A stretch of DNA of 64,000 nucleotides from Neoechinorhynchus agilis (lineage: Eukaryota > Animalia > Acanthocephala). The notes beneath the pieces were generated by a model. That model was not told the DNA's origin. It saw only the letters and a list, made by a program, of their open reading frames with translations, and ran no database searches. This document shows positions 11,138 through 22,649 of the stretch, in pieces (the first letter of the stretch is position 1; each line of letters begins with the position of its first letter). Location of the stretch: positions 1,148,389 through 1,212,388 of the forward strand of contig CM121343.1 in assembly GCA_051530055.1 (NCBI GenBank). The letters are read 5' to 3'. The position numbers and the translations under genes are program-made.

Positions 11138-12900
11138 ATGGTAGCTTTACTTTCATGCTTTTTGTTCTACTTAGCCACGGGTCAACTCCAAACCCAGGAT
11201 GGAAATATCACCATCGCCGGTGAGCTAACCAATACGTCCTGAGACACTAATGCTTGTGATTTTAGCTTTTGAAAAAAATTGGCAAATAAGACCAGTCATC
11301 GGTAAGGTTTTAAGTAAATCAACTTATATAGAAATATATTTGTTTCCTTTAGGAATTTTGGCACAGGAAACCAACGGGGTATTCGAAGATATGCCCGATA
11401 AGTCGTATTTGCCGGCGTCGTATGTAAAATACGTGGAATCTGCGGGAGGAGTTGCGTTACCAATAAGGTTTTTGCACAGTAAATTAGGGTTTGGTTTCTA
11501 GTTAAATTTTTAGATTAAATCGCAAGGACGAATACTACAGAAAAATATTTGAAAATATTCATGGGTAAGTTTGAAAATTAGTACTCAAGGATTGAAATAA
11601 AATTTATTTATAAAATAAACCAATGAGAAAAGCGCTGATAGATTTTAAAGATCACAGGAAGTTGGTTTCATTTAGAACTTTTGATAAATTCGAATTGTTG
11701 AAGATTTTAAACTTTGTTGGTGGAAAGCGGCTGAAATCTCAATGATAAAAAGATAAATTTAATGTTAAAAAATAGAGGGATAATACGGCAATGAATTTAT
11801 GCTAATCCATGAAACCTCTATTGTTCAAACTAGATATCCTCGAAAAAAACGCTTAATAATGCATTGAACTTTAGTTATAATCGAATACCTAAGGATCAAA
11901 AATTCCCCGCACCGAATTTTGGTCTTTTAAATTCACTGAAATATCGAAGTATGTAAAGCTGCAATCGTTTTAATTTTTGCTTAGATTAATTTTACCCGGC
12001 GGTGGGGTTAGTGTGGACAACTCCGAATACGCTAGACTATCGCGAATGTTCTTTGAATGGGCAAAAAAGGTGAGTACTATTAGATGTTTGAAAGGTGTAA
12101 TACAAACTTTTAAAAAGGCAAATGATAACAACGACACATTTCCAATTATGGGGATATGTCTTGGTTTTGAACAATTATTCTACCTCGTCGCGGAAAAGAA
12201 TCCATTGACTTATTGTAGAGGCCGGAACTACAATACGAATATAATCCCTACAAAAAGTATACCTAGTTTTTATCAAAAAACGAAAAGCACTTATTAAAAA
12301 ATTTGAAGAATGGAGCAAATGTAAGATGTTGTCTTTAATGTCAGAGCAAATGTCTCATGATGTTACTTGCAAAAACATTACCTACAATTATCATCAATAT
12401 TGTGTCGAACCGGAGGTGATAATTTTTTTTGCTAAAAACTACGGTGAGCCAATTCTGTCGCTTTAACAATTAGACGTTCAACAGCAGTAAAAATCTGAGA
12501 GATTTCTTTTTGGTTGGAGCACTTAGCTACGACCTTGACGGTCTTCCTTACATTGCCTACGCTGAGGGTTAGTTGCACTTTTATGTTATTCAAAGATGGA
12601 TGAAGAATGTGTTAAGCTCGCCGGTATCCATTCTACGCCTTCCAGTGGCATCCGGAAAGACCATTGTTCGAATGGACTCGGCATGGAATTACACACGCGC
12701 GTGAATCGATCAAAAATGGACATTTTTATGTCGCCCAATTTATAGATGAAGGTAAAGGGTAACCGAAATGTGGATATACCGCTGCGTCCAAAAACATTTA
12801 GCAATGAAAAGTCGACATGAATTCAGAGAAAAATACTTTGATTTACTTGTTTATAACTATCAACCGACTTTTACCGGAAGCATATCGCCTTTTATGCAAT
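11138..12900 (+). CDS. GGH: Gamma-glutamyl hydrolase (multi-exon; 3' end approximate)
   Basis: Signal-peptide-like start; RPVIGILAQE; SYLPASYVKYVESAGGVALPI; ILPGGG; FPIMGICLGFEQL (catalytic Cys); FQWHPERPLFEW (catalytic His); many short GT-AG introns. Confidence 0.92.
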
Positions 12901-13499
12901 CCTACATATTTGATGACTTTTCCGATGATAAGAATTATTGAAACGCGAATTGTCCAAATCTTGAAAACCAAGAAACTCTGTTCCGGATTGAAAGGTTTAA
13001 AACCAACCACCACCGCTATCAAAACGATAAGTTATTCTGAAATAATAAAAAAAGAGTCCGCGATTTATGTCTGGAAAAGGAAAGCGGGCATTATTGAGAG
13101 TTTTGAGTTCACTGATAAAACAGCAAAATATTTTTTTAGAATTCTGGAAACATCTAAAGGTTCTAACGGTAAAGACGTAAAACGGTTTTAGAAGACAATG
13201 AATCTTCATGCTCCTCAATTGGAAAATTGCAGAATTTTTGTATTTATCACACGATGTTAATAATATTAAAAAGAAAATTCAAGTCGTTCAATTCTTTGTC
13301 GACAGTTAAGACGTCTCAGAAATATTCGAAGAAATCTCGCAATCAATGAACATACCCAAAAAAATTTCAATGATCAAAGTACCACTGAAATGAGTATTCA
13401 ACAAGAACTTGTTTGCTTCATTTGAATGTAATTAAGATATTTTTAGACGGATTAAAAGACCGAAAATGAAACTATTATTTTTAAATAAACGAATAGAAA

Positions 13500-13950
13500 A
13501 TGTACAAAAATCTATCATGATATTTAGAGCAATAATGATTGGCCTGCGGTTAATTTGACTCAAACTATGTTTTCTAAAGCATACGATTAGCGTTATTTTT
13601 TTGGATGATCGATTAATCACTGTGGATTATAGATACAGATATTCTATTTAATTGTTCCTTTGGGTGGATGTGTATTCTCGATGGCGAATCGTTACACACT
13701 CGAGCTTTATTATTGAAATCAACCTTGCGCATTTTCAAGGTCTCAGCCTCCTTTTCAAGCATCTAAAAATGGTTGTGGTGGGGTTACCTAAGTTCCCGAG
13801 TCAAGGCTACCAATTTAGGTACCGCACCACATCCATTTTTAGATGTTGAGAAGGAGGCTGAGGCCTTGAACATTCGCAATGAATATTTCAATACTAAAGC
13901 TCGAGCGTGTTACAATTCGCCATTGAGGAGATATAGATATATAATCCATT
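13500..13950 (+). pseudogene. CK1-like kinase C-lobe remnant
   Basis: MIGLRLI..., DRLITVDYRYRY (IDFGLAKKY-like), WWGYL...LGTAP; shares EKEA..IRNE.FN.KAR.C with 52260-52320. Confidence 0.4.
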
Positions 13951-14991
13951 GTGATTTTTATAATATTTCACAATTCCTTTTATTTAAAAGGCACTTTCTA
14001 ATGAGCCGGTGGGTTCATTTGCCGTCTGACATATGAAGAATGAGATTCTATGAGTCACATGACCCTAAAGATGCATGAAATTCACGCTGAATTATACTCT
14101 GATTCATTCTTTTTTTCAATGAAATTGAGGATATTTTGATTTTTTGAAATCTGGCCCGAAACTAGTAAAAGGTTCCATCAATGATGGATTAATCAGACAT
14201 GTTGTCAAGGCGAAATCTCCAAGTGATAGATGACAATATAAGTCGAGAAATTCCTCACATTGAAGTACACGGGTAACAGAGTGCTATAATGATGATCCTT
14301 ATGAACGCACATCATGATTTCTGTGTTCTAATCATCCTATAAATCAAAATAGACGTGCCGGATGAGTGGTGGTGGTAAAGAATCGTTCCAGCAGGGCATT
14401 AACGGTACATTGCTCGACCATTTCCACAAAAGTCATCAAAAAAGAGATTAAGGAAAAGTGTGCACTAATGGGAGAACATTGGGCTTCGTTCATCACTAAA
14501 GAAACAAAATACGAATCACTGGCGCTTCGGGATTCCTGCAAAACGAATCTTCCTAATTTGCTTTTCCTTAGAGGACAAATAACTGAGAAGCAATCAACGG
14601 AAGAGGAAACAAAAAGGCAGCTGTCTCTAGAACGAAAAATGACGGCAAAGAAAAATGAACATGGCTGCAAGTACTGCTTAAAATGGCTCGCGGATATCGT
14701 CTCCTGCTTCTTAAAAAAGGATCGTAAGTACAAATCGGGCTTACTGAAAAGGAAGTCGAGGCAGACCATTCAGATTGAATCATTGTTGTATTTACTATCA
14801 GGCGCCCGTTCTAATATTGTCATAGACGATGGCAAATGGGTACTTGCGTTACAGAAAACACGAACTGACACCCCGGTATGCGACCGGCTCCGATTTTATC
14901 TAGTTATTAAGGACTAACAGGAAGCTATAAACCACAGCCTAGTGTCGCTAACGATGTTGTTCCTCCTGCCATTCAGAAGCCTCTCGATCCC

Positions 14992-17900
14992 ATGGTTGGC
15001 CTTGAGTGTACGGGGGAAAGCGGCGTTCGACCGCCCAATACATTAAGAATACCGATTTCTTCGGACAAACTAAAGGAGCTAGTTAGTCATCAATCACCGG
15101 ACAACCCGAACAAACACAAATACATAAAACTTCCTATTAAAAAATGTCCCAATGTCACCACCATAATCTCATACCCAATCCTGCCGAGAGATACCCTCTA
15201 TAAGGAGTATCTTAGCCCCTGGCTAAAATCATTCAAAGATGACGTTCAACGCGTATCACATGTGACATACTTTAGAGGCAGGTTGAAAATCCACCTCATG
15301 AACGATAATTTCAGGAAACAATTCGAATCTTTTTTGGCCACGTGCAACCAATCAAGTCTCGATTCAAAATTCGTCATACGAATCCACGTTCATAGTTTCG
15401 GGCCTCTCGCCTGATATCGACGATGACGACAAGCGGGCATTCGAAGACAAGTTCAACTGAAAAATAATTTTTTTTGCTTAAAATCCATCAAAACTGGGGA
15501 ACCGATTCCTAGAGCAGTAGTGAAGGCCAGTAACGAATCACGACACAAGCTTATTACCAGTAGATGCTTTTTCAATTCAATGGAGATTGAATTCACTGAA
15601 AACGAGATATCCCGAATGGATGATTTCATATTCCCCGGATGTGCTGGTTGTCAGCAATGGGGATACTTGATACAACAATGTCCATCAAAAAAATTATCTG
15701 TGCTTATTGTGCGGAGGCCCACCGCAGTAACGCGTGCCCTAAAAAGCTCAAGAAATGTTGAAACTGTGACAATATTGGGCAATGTGCCTTCGCGAAGTCC
15801 TGCTTGGCTTTCAAAGAATACGCTACCTGGGCCCAGAATAAACTGTCGGGGACGCAGATTAGCAAAGGAGCTCACCTGGTTAAGAAATCCTTATCCACTA
15901 ATTGGCCATTGAGGTCACCTTCAAGTTCTGTCCTTCACCTCCGACCAATCACTCAGACACAACGATCGGCCATAGTTCTTCAAAGCTCGACCGGATTCTG
16001 AATGACTTCTCGGTGAATCTACTAAAGATGGTTGATCGGAGAATCGCAACTGCCATCCGCAATTTGGAAACACGCATTGAAAAGCATTTGAGTCTCCTCA
16101 TCTCAACCATTCAACAGAGCTTTAATCGAATGAATCAAGTATCGATCGAAGGTACACCTTCAGTTGCCAAAAGACCTCTGGATCAATCGTCCGAATCTGT
16201 TGGTTTAACCGAAGTAGTCGACATGAACGATGACGATATCTTCGTGCGACAAATAATCGATGAGCAGGGAAAAATTTGCGCCGAGGGTATCTCGGACTTA
16301 ATCAAAAGGAGGAGAGCTGTCTTATGACAGAACTAAGGTTGGTGCAGTGGAACGCAGGCGGTCGCACTGGTTTGCCCAATATAGCCCCCGTAGCCCATAA
16401 TGCCGAGATAATCTTCATTCAAGAAGCCAAATGCGTCTATCGCTCGTTCGATTTGCCCGAATCTATCGCTCAGCTCGGCTCGAATTTCTCCACATTCATT
16501 ACTCCTCCATCCAAGCTGCTTTCCCAGGGCCTTTTGTCAATCTTCAGAACCAATCTTTTTCCGGTTCTTATCAGTAACTTCGTTAGTTCGGATCTATCTT
16601 ACGCCCTGTTCTCATTAATACACGACGGTATAAAAATATTAGTAGCAAAATGTATATGTTCGACCTAAAGTACTGAAAGGGCTATTGCTCTCGGGGGCTG
16701 ATCTTTTTTCGGGGATTTTAATGACCCCTCTGGGAAGTGGATTCGAGCGGTATCGCGTGCCACAGATCACCACGAGGTTATTTGCTCTCCTTTTCCAACT
16801 TTCTCTCATGCTAGCGATAGTTCATACTTAGATTTATGCATTGCAAAGAAAGGCTTGCATCTGAGGCCAGTAGTTTCCTCACAAACCTCTTTTTTCAAGA
16901 TTTGTGGGCATGATGCGGTACTATGGAACCTACCTAAAAACCTCCTACTGAAGAGGAAATTCAAATTAGATGCGCATAATATTCAATTCTTTAATTTGGC
17001 TACTATGATATTTCTAAAAAGCGGGCAATCATTATCTCATTACGAAATATACGATCACCTAGCGGAAGCAAGTAACGCGTTCCTGACAATCGTCTCTAAG
17101 TCCAATTTCGCAACGACTAAACCCTGTCTTCTGAAATTATATGGGAAACAACTTTTCGTGGCTCGTTCCGAAGGTAATGAGGCGGCAGCTCAGTTTTGGT
17201 CTTCCTTTATTGGCCATGCCGGACTCGATTTCGGCTGGCTTGCGATTTCCGTAGGATTAGTATCTTGGCTCCCTACTGCTCCCAATGCTGGCGAATTGCA
17301 GCCAAGAAAAGTTTCGCCCCCTGGAATAGGGCGCCTGGATTAAGGATGCTGGACTCTCCAAAGTGGTGTCGGAGTTATGCAGGGAACATTCTGTTGGCTC
17401 TTCGAACACACCAGTACATCCAGAATTCTTGCCCATCCAACGCCGTAGAGTGAATCTTTCTGCCAATCAGATAATTAAGGTCTGGCGGTCCAAAAATCTC
17501 TCGTCTTCAAATAGTAATTCAGCTTCCTTTAAGGCCACAAACGTTTTATCCAAGGACAACGTGTCAGTTTAAAAAAAACCCTGGTACGAGCTCCGCCACA
17601 ACAGTGGTCGTCGATTAACCTTGCCAAACGCATTTTCCAGGTTAAAAATAAACACCGAAAGATTACATCTGCCAATGATGTTAGGCCGATTTCTATACAA
17701 AATTCCTTAGTCTCGATTTACGAGGGAGCCCTTGCCCGATATCTATTGGACTTTGCAATGGAGCACAATTGCATTGACTCACGCTGCCACGGTTTCCTTC
17801 CAGGGAAATCGGTACACTCAGCAATCAGGGAGATAGCCAATCATTTTTAGAACAATCAATTATCAACTAATCTATTGATTTCGTTTGATATTTCCCGGGC

Positions 17901-18768
17901 GTTTGACAACCTCCATATCGAGTTTATTATAAATATTCTTAAGTTTTTTAACTTCCCGTACAATATTATTGCTCGGATCTCTAACACACTGCTGTCCAAA
18001 TCGTTCTTCTTTCAGGATGATCCCGAGAATAAAATATATTATCCAACCAAAGGTGTTCCACAGGGATCCCCTCTGTCGCCTATTTTGTTTTGCCTCGACA
18101 GCCAGTTTATCATTCAGAGCTGTAGGGTTTGCCAGAATATCTCGATTTACGCCGATGATATGACAGTGGTCATCAAGGAAATCAATTACGTTAGAGCAAA
18201 AAACGCCTTCTCGATCTCCTATCTTTCCTAGATGCCACGCTTCCTTTGATGGGATCGGAACTAAATCCTAGGAAAGCCCAGTTCATAACTAAAACTAGGT
18301 GACGGAGGGACAAACTGAAGCTATTGGAGGCTTTCAATACCTTTTTTGATATTAATACCGGCAAAGTCTCTACTAAGCTGACTATTCTGGGCTACACTTT
18401 TACTTCAAAGTTCTCGGCCACTCATGATCTTGCAAAATTAAAAAAAATAATAAGAATCGCCAACGTCAAGGCTAGAAAATCCCAACAGTTAGGCCTTCCA
18501 ATCAAATGTCCACGTACTATTTGGAACTCCTGGGCTACATCGGGCCTTGTTTTTTTACTAGCGCGGCCGTCCTCCTGACCAACGCCTACTGTTCCGCAAC
18601 ACCTTTCATAAAGCTCTCGCAAATCTTCCTTACCTGTGGACGCATACACCCGATTGGTCCGACAAGACTTACCGCTGGATCAACATAGAAAGGACCGGAT
18701 CGGAGCAACCTAATTTACTCAAGTCATTCACGCTTATACCTTGCGGCTCCTTGAAATGAATAAAAAAA
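14992..18768 (+). mobile_element. LINE 'family A', near full length but frameshifted: gag-like ORF1 + APE endonuclease + RT + A-rich tail
   Basis: ORF1 CCHC knuckles (CAGCQQWGY..C; CAYCAEAH); APE LVQWN..IFIQE..GDFND..YLDLCI; RT DVRPISIQN, SFDISRAFD, KGVPQGSPLSPILF, YADD; aataaaaaaaa at ~18757. Confidence 0.9.
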
Positions 18769-18779
18769 ATTCAACAAAG

Positions 18780-19036
18780 TAGTCAGGCGATCACGGCATG
18801 TGGAAAAATATGTCAGCGGCACTTCCGACTTCATAGAAATGCTGGATAAAGTTCTGTCTAGCAAGCTTTGTTATCTACAAGATAGTAAGCAAACCTCTGT
18901 TGATGGATTGGAGTAGGATTGGAAGGTGGCTCCACTGCAGGTGCACGGAAATGATTTGACCTTTAAGCTCATAGGAACGGTCCTCAACAAGGGTCCCGCT
19001 GGGGATCCAAATTACACAGTTATCACACTTGTGTAG
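18780..19036 (+). pseudogene. Second, diverged copy of the unknown ORF family at 1800-2472
   Basis: FKLIGTVLNKGPAGDPNYTVITL versus FRLIGTVFNKGRAVD...KVITL. Confidence 0.35.
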
Positions 19037-19051
19037 ATATTCATTTAGGAA

Positions 19052-19173
19052 TTAATTATGATGGTGAACTGAAGGAAAAAATTATGAATATATTAATCAG
19101 AATTTTCGACCAATGCGTTGGTCTTCTTCAGTGATTGTCAGTAAGTTTTACACTAAGTGTTAGTGTAAAACTT
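19052..19173 (-). mobile_element. Inverted copy of the 108-bp hammerhead mini-element, ending in a perfect 14-bp hairpin
   Basis: Reverse complement of 2054-2162; aagttttacactaa-gtg-ttagtgtaaaactt at 19143-19173. Confidence 0.85.
19095..19136 (-). ncRNA. Minimal type I hammerhead ribozyme, intact core
   Basis: AATCA-CTGAAGA-A-GACCAA-cgca-TTGGTC-GAAA-AT-TC-TGATT: perfect stems I and II, palindromic AAUU stem III. Confidence 0.88.
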
Positions 19174-19174
19174 A

Positions 19175-19650
19175 AATTCTTAGTCGTGTCCTGAATACTG
19201 CGAATGCGCCCAACTTCCTAGAAGCGAGCAATCTTTGCTGACTCGATAGCCAACGTAGACTGGACGGTGTCACAGTATTCCCATGGCGAGGGGAGGCAAA
19301 TACCTTCTCTGGGACGCCATTCGCAGCCAGCAACATAAAATTCGCCGTTGTAAACCACGGGAATAAGCAAACCACGCTGAAGAATGTAACAAGACGAAAT
19401 ACCGAGACCTGGGTCGAAATCATTATTTCGCTCCCTTTGGAGTCGGGACACTCGGATCGTATGGAACCACGGCAGCTCGGCACTCTCTCTGCTCAAGGAT
19501 CTCTCGAAGAAATTGAGAGAGGCAACCGGAGACTCAAGGGCAGGCGTATTCCTTCGACAAAATATCTCGCTGGCAGTACAACGGGGCAATGCTGCCAGCG
19601 TGATGGCGACGGTCGAGGAAGGACAAAAGCTGGAATTTGGTGGGAGGTGG
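19175..19650 (+). mobile_element. CRE-clade RLE fragment, chimeric
   Basis: 19175-19460 is essentially identical to 2858-3143, then continues as a diverged CRE C-terminus LLKDLSKKLREATGDSRAGVFLRQNISLAVQRGNAASV. Confidence 0.88.
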
Positions 19651-20241
19651 TGAATGTAAAGAAAAGTAACCAAATAGAAAACTTATAGAGGCTGTAATTC
19701 ACAAAAGTATATCTTTATAACATAATAGCGACATTTGACAGCATCTTGTAGAGCTAATTCCATAATTGTTTTCACATTCACGACACTTTCAATGGTTCGG
19801 TAGTTGTGCTCAGTTTTTATCGATTCCTAAAACCCCGATTCATGACATTAAAATTTAAGAGCAAAAAACGGAAGTTTGTATTGACTTGCTAATTTTGTTC
19901 AAAAACGTGAACGTTTTCATGAAATTGCGTTTTTACTGCAAAAAATCACATCTCGCAAGTCTCCCTACATGAAGCAATAATTGAAACCTGATTTTTTAAT
20001 TCTGTGCAAAATACAAAGAAGATCACATCTCTGAACAAATTGAGCTCGAAACTTTGAAAGCTATAATAAAAGCCACCTTTTAGTCTCGATTAAATCGACA
20101 GGATGTTCGATTTGATCAAATAGTTGTTTACATTGTGATCCTTGGGAAATCAAACTTCATGGTTTTCTACACCCCTCATCGAATTAAAAAAATTTTCATT
20201 AAGAATTTATGTTTTCCTTGTTGATGAGAAGAATGAAGATT

Positions 20242-20346
20242 GATTTATCAATTCCTAATATTTCGTATGTATCGCCTGACTTCTTAAGGTTTCTTGTAAG
20301 TTTAAGAAGTCCGACGAGAAGGACGAACTATTGCGATGAATAAAGC
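20242..20346. repeat. Degenerate fold-back repeat with a decayed hammerhead motif, related to 10493-10608
   Basis: gacttcttaa...ttaagaagtc; taagaagtccgacgagaaggacgaactattgcgatgaataaa resembles caagaagtctgacgagacggacgaaatattgagatcaataaa. Confidence 0.65.
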
Positions 20347-20689
20347 AGTTGCTATTTTTGCAATCATCAAAGAGCATGAAATCTTTTTGTTGCAACATCC
20401 TTGGAACGGTGCCAGTCGTTATTGTCGGTCATAACGACTGGGTTAGCTTTTGACTTTATAAGAGAGGAAGAAACGTGTAAAGATGCAAAATTTATAAATT
20501 AACATCTCTAGGATGAATATTGGTGAATGGGGTTTGTTTTCCTGGCTGGTTTTTCTGTGGTTTATACATGGGACAACAGGAAAAGCGGTCATGACCTTGT
20601 TGATTGCACTCTTTATACATTTTAGAATAATTGTTTGAAGATTGAATTGTTTATGGCTTACGGCGGTTACGACACCTCGCTCGAGGAAT

Positions 20690-21045
20690 CACGGATTTTG
20701 TAATTTTTGACCCACTCTTGCTCCTTTCTTACTCTTTGCGGCGAATCGACTAACGCTCTTTAATTTTTTTGAAGTCTGGCAAGTCGTAACTTTAATTCGG
20801 TGTTTTAAGCGTGGGTTTTTCCCCTTGGACACCCGCAGTCCACCGATTTCGGCCCAGGAAGCGCTGATCTGCGCTCGATGCTTTGTACGCATCCCCGTCC
20901 GGATTCTCGGATACCTCCCGAGGAAGCAGGACTCATCAGTGAGTTTCCTCTTCCCTTCAACTAGGTATTGCGTCCCCTTTGGATTTGCGTCTTTGGCGAC
21001 AACGGATTCGAATTCTTTGACCCAACAAACTGGGATCATGAGCTT
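20690..21045 (-). repeat. Diverged ~1.1-mer homologue of the ~299-bp array monomer
   Basis: Collinear shared blocks with the 57.8-63.3 kb monomer: tgatcccag, aaaggg.acg.aatacc, gaggaaactcactg.tgagtcc, tatc.gag, ac.cttaaaa, ccga.t.aagtt, cagac. Internal repeat tgggtcaaa..aatt..aatccgt about 311 bp apart. Confidence 0.75.
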
Positions 21046-21317
21046 TTGGTCCTTTTGTTTTGTATTAATTTGTGAGGGGCAATCTTTTCTAAGAACAACA
21101 GACTAATGATCGGTGATGGTTCGAATATTTTCGTAAAATGAAAGTCTTGCATGTTCCTACATTACGGATGGGCGGACCCAAAACTCTCCCATTGAGTGCG
21201 TCAATGTGCTCTTGCACAATGAGTAGTCTATTGAATCGACTATCATGAAATACAACAGTGTCCGCGTTGCATTAATCTTCGATTTGAAATACTTTACAGC
21301 GATACTCATTTAGAGAT

Positions 21318-21997
21318 ATGCTAACGGTGATGAAACTCGAAAGGGATATCAGTATACACCCAGAAAACCTAGGCCCGGAACTCGAGCAAGCTATTCGAGA
21401 AAGTGTAATCGAAGATTGTGAAGGGGCTTCAATGGGATCGTAAGTAGTCTATTTTAATAAATCAAAAACGCTTAGGAGACTAACAGGAAGGGTATATGTG
21501 TAGCGATTGGCAAAATAATAAGTATTGGTCTTGGTCGAGTTGTCTCATGGACGCCTTATGTTCAATTCAGTATTCGATTTGAAGCAATAATGTTTCGTCC
21601 ACTCAGAAACGAGATCGCGGACGCTGTTATAGTAAATATAACAAAGGTATACACTTTCTCACTCACACCGAGTTCGACCGCCCACGTATGTATTTGTCCA
21701 GTTTGGGATATTCTCATCTATCGGAGCTATTCAATGTTTCATCTCAATGAACACCTTATCAAAAGATTACGGCTTTGTCGAGGACATTGATCTAGGTCCT
21801 GTCATCAGAAACGCTCATAGAGTATTCGCTATAAACGACGTAATACGCTTGAGAGTGCAAGGATATCGGGCGCAAGGATTGGAATTTGTAAGTAAAGCGA
21901 TTTCTTACTCCAATACTAATATAAAACTGACAACTCCGTGAAGTTTGCAGTTGGAGTGCTTGTTGACGAGGAACGCTCAGCTCAAAATCGCATTTGA
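21318..21997 (+). CDS. POLR2G: RNA polymerase II subunit RPB7-like (about 4 exons, divergent)
   Basis: LERDISIHPENLGPEL...IGLG...FEAIMFRPLRNEIADAVI...IGAIQCFIS...DVIRLRVQGYR...FAVGVLVDE aligns with RPB7. Confidence 0.85.
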
Positions 21998-22259
21998 TAC
22001 GAAGGTAAAAAGGCGTCAAGGATACAATGTGGCGGGAACCGATCTAAAAAAGACCTCTTTTTCTACAAAGGGTATTGGTCCAAACATATTCGCCGGATTA
22101 GATATTTTTTTATCGATGTACCCATTAACCAGTGAAGCACTCACGTCTAAAGTTATCTCCTACTTGCAATTGAATGAGGGTTTAGTCGTTCTGAATTCGA
22201 ACATCGCCATGCGCCAAACTTTCATCGTTTGATTTGAAGGAATCCTTCAGTCCGTGGGT

Positions 22260-22470
22260 ATGCATATGAGATTGCAGGGACCACAACAGACCAATAGAAA
22301 TGTTCTAGATCGCGTGGCTGACTCCGAGGAAACGCAAGCGCTTGATTAAATGCAATTTAGCAGTGGCTTTTGCTACGACGCCATTAATTTGGATGTCCCA
22401 TTTGAGGTTGTGTTGGAGGAAGATTAGGCCCAGAATGCGAAGCGATGTGACGCATTTGTGAGAACTTTTT
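22260..22470 (-). mobile_element. L2/Crack-like LINE RT thumb fragment
   Basis: VTSLRILGLIFSQHNLKWDIQINGVVAKATAKLHLIKRLRFLGVS. Confidence 0.7.
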
Positions 22471-22649
22471 TGGTATACCATCTAATGGCATCTATGCAGC
22501 AATTAACAACAAAATGAATGGATGACTGTGAAAATAAATAAAAAATGCTCATAATAGTGAGCACATGTAAATGTAAACATCTATAGTTTCAATAATCAAA
22601 ATGATGTTCAACGATCAGTTTTGAATGAAACCCACTTTGAAGAAAGTGT

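Noticed and set aside
14366-14917. 183-aa ORF with a CKYC motif
   Set aside because: No family recognisable by eye; it may be a TE remnant, but I cannot support a call.
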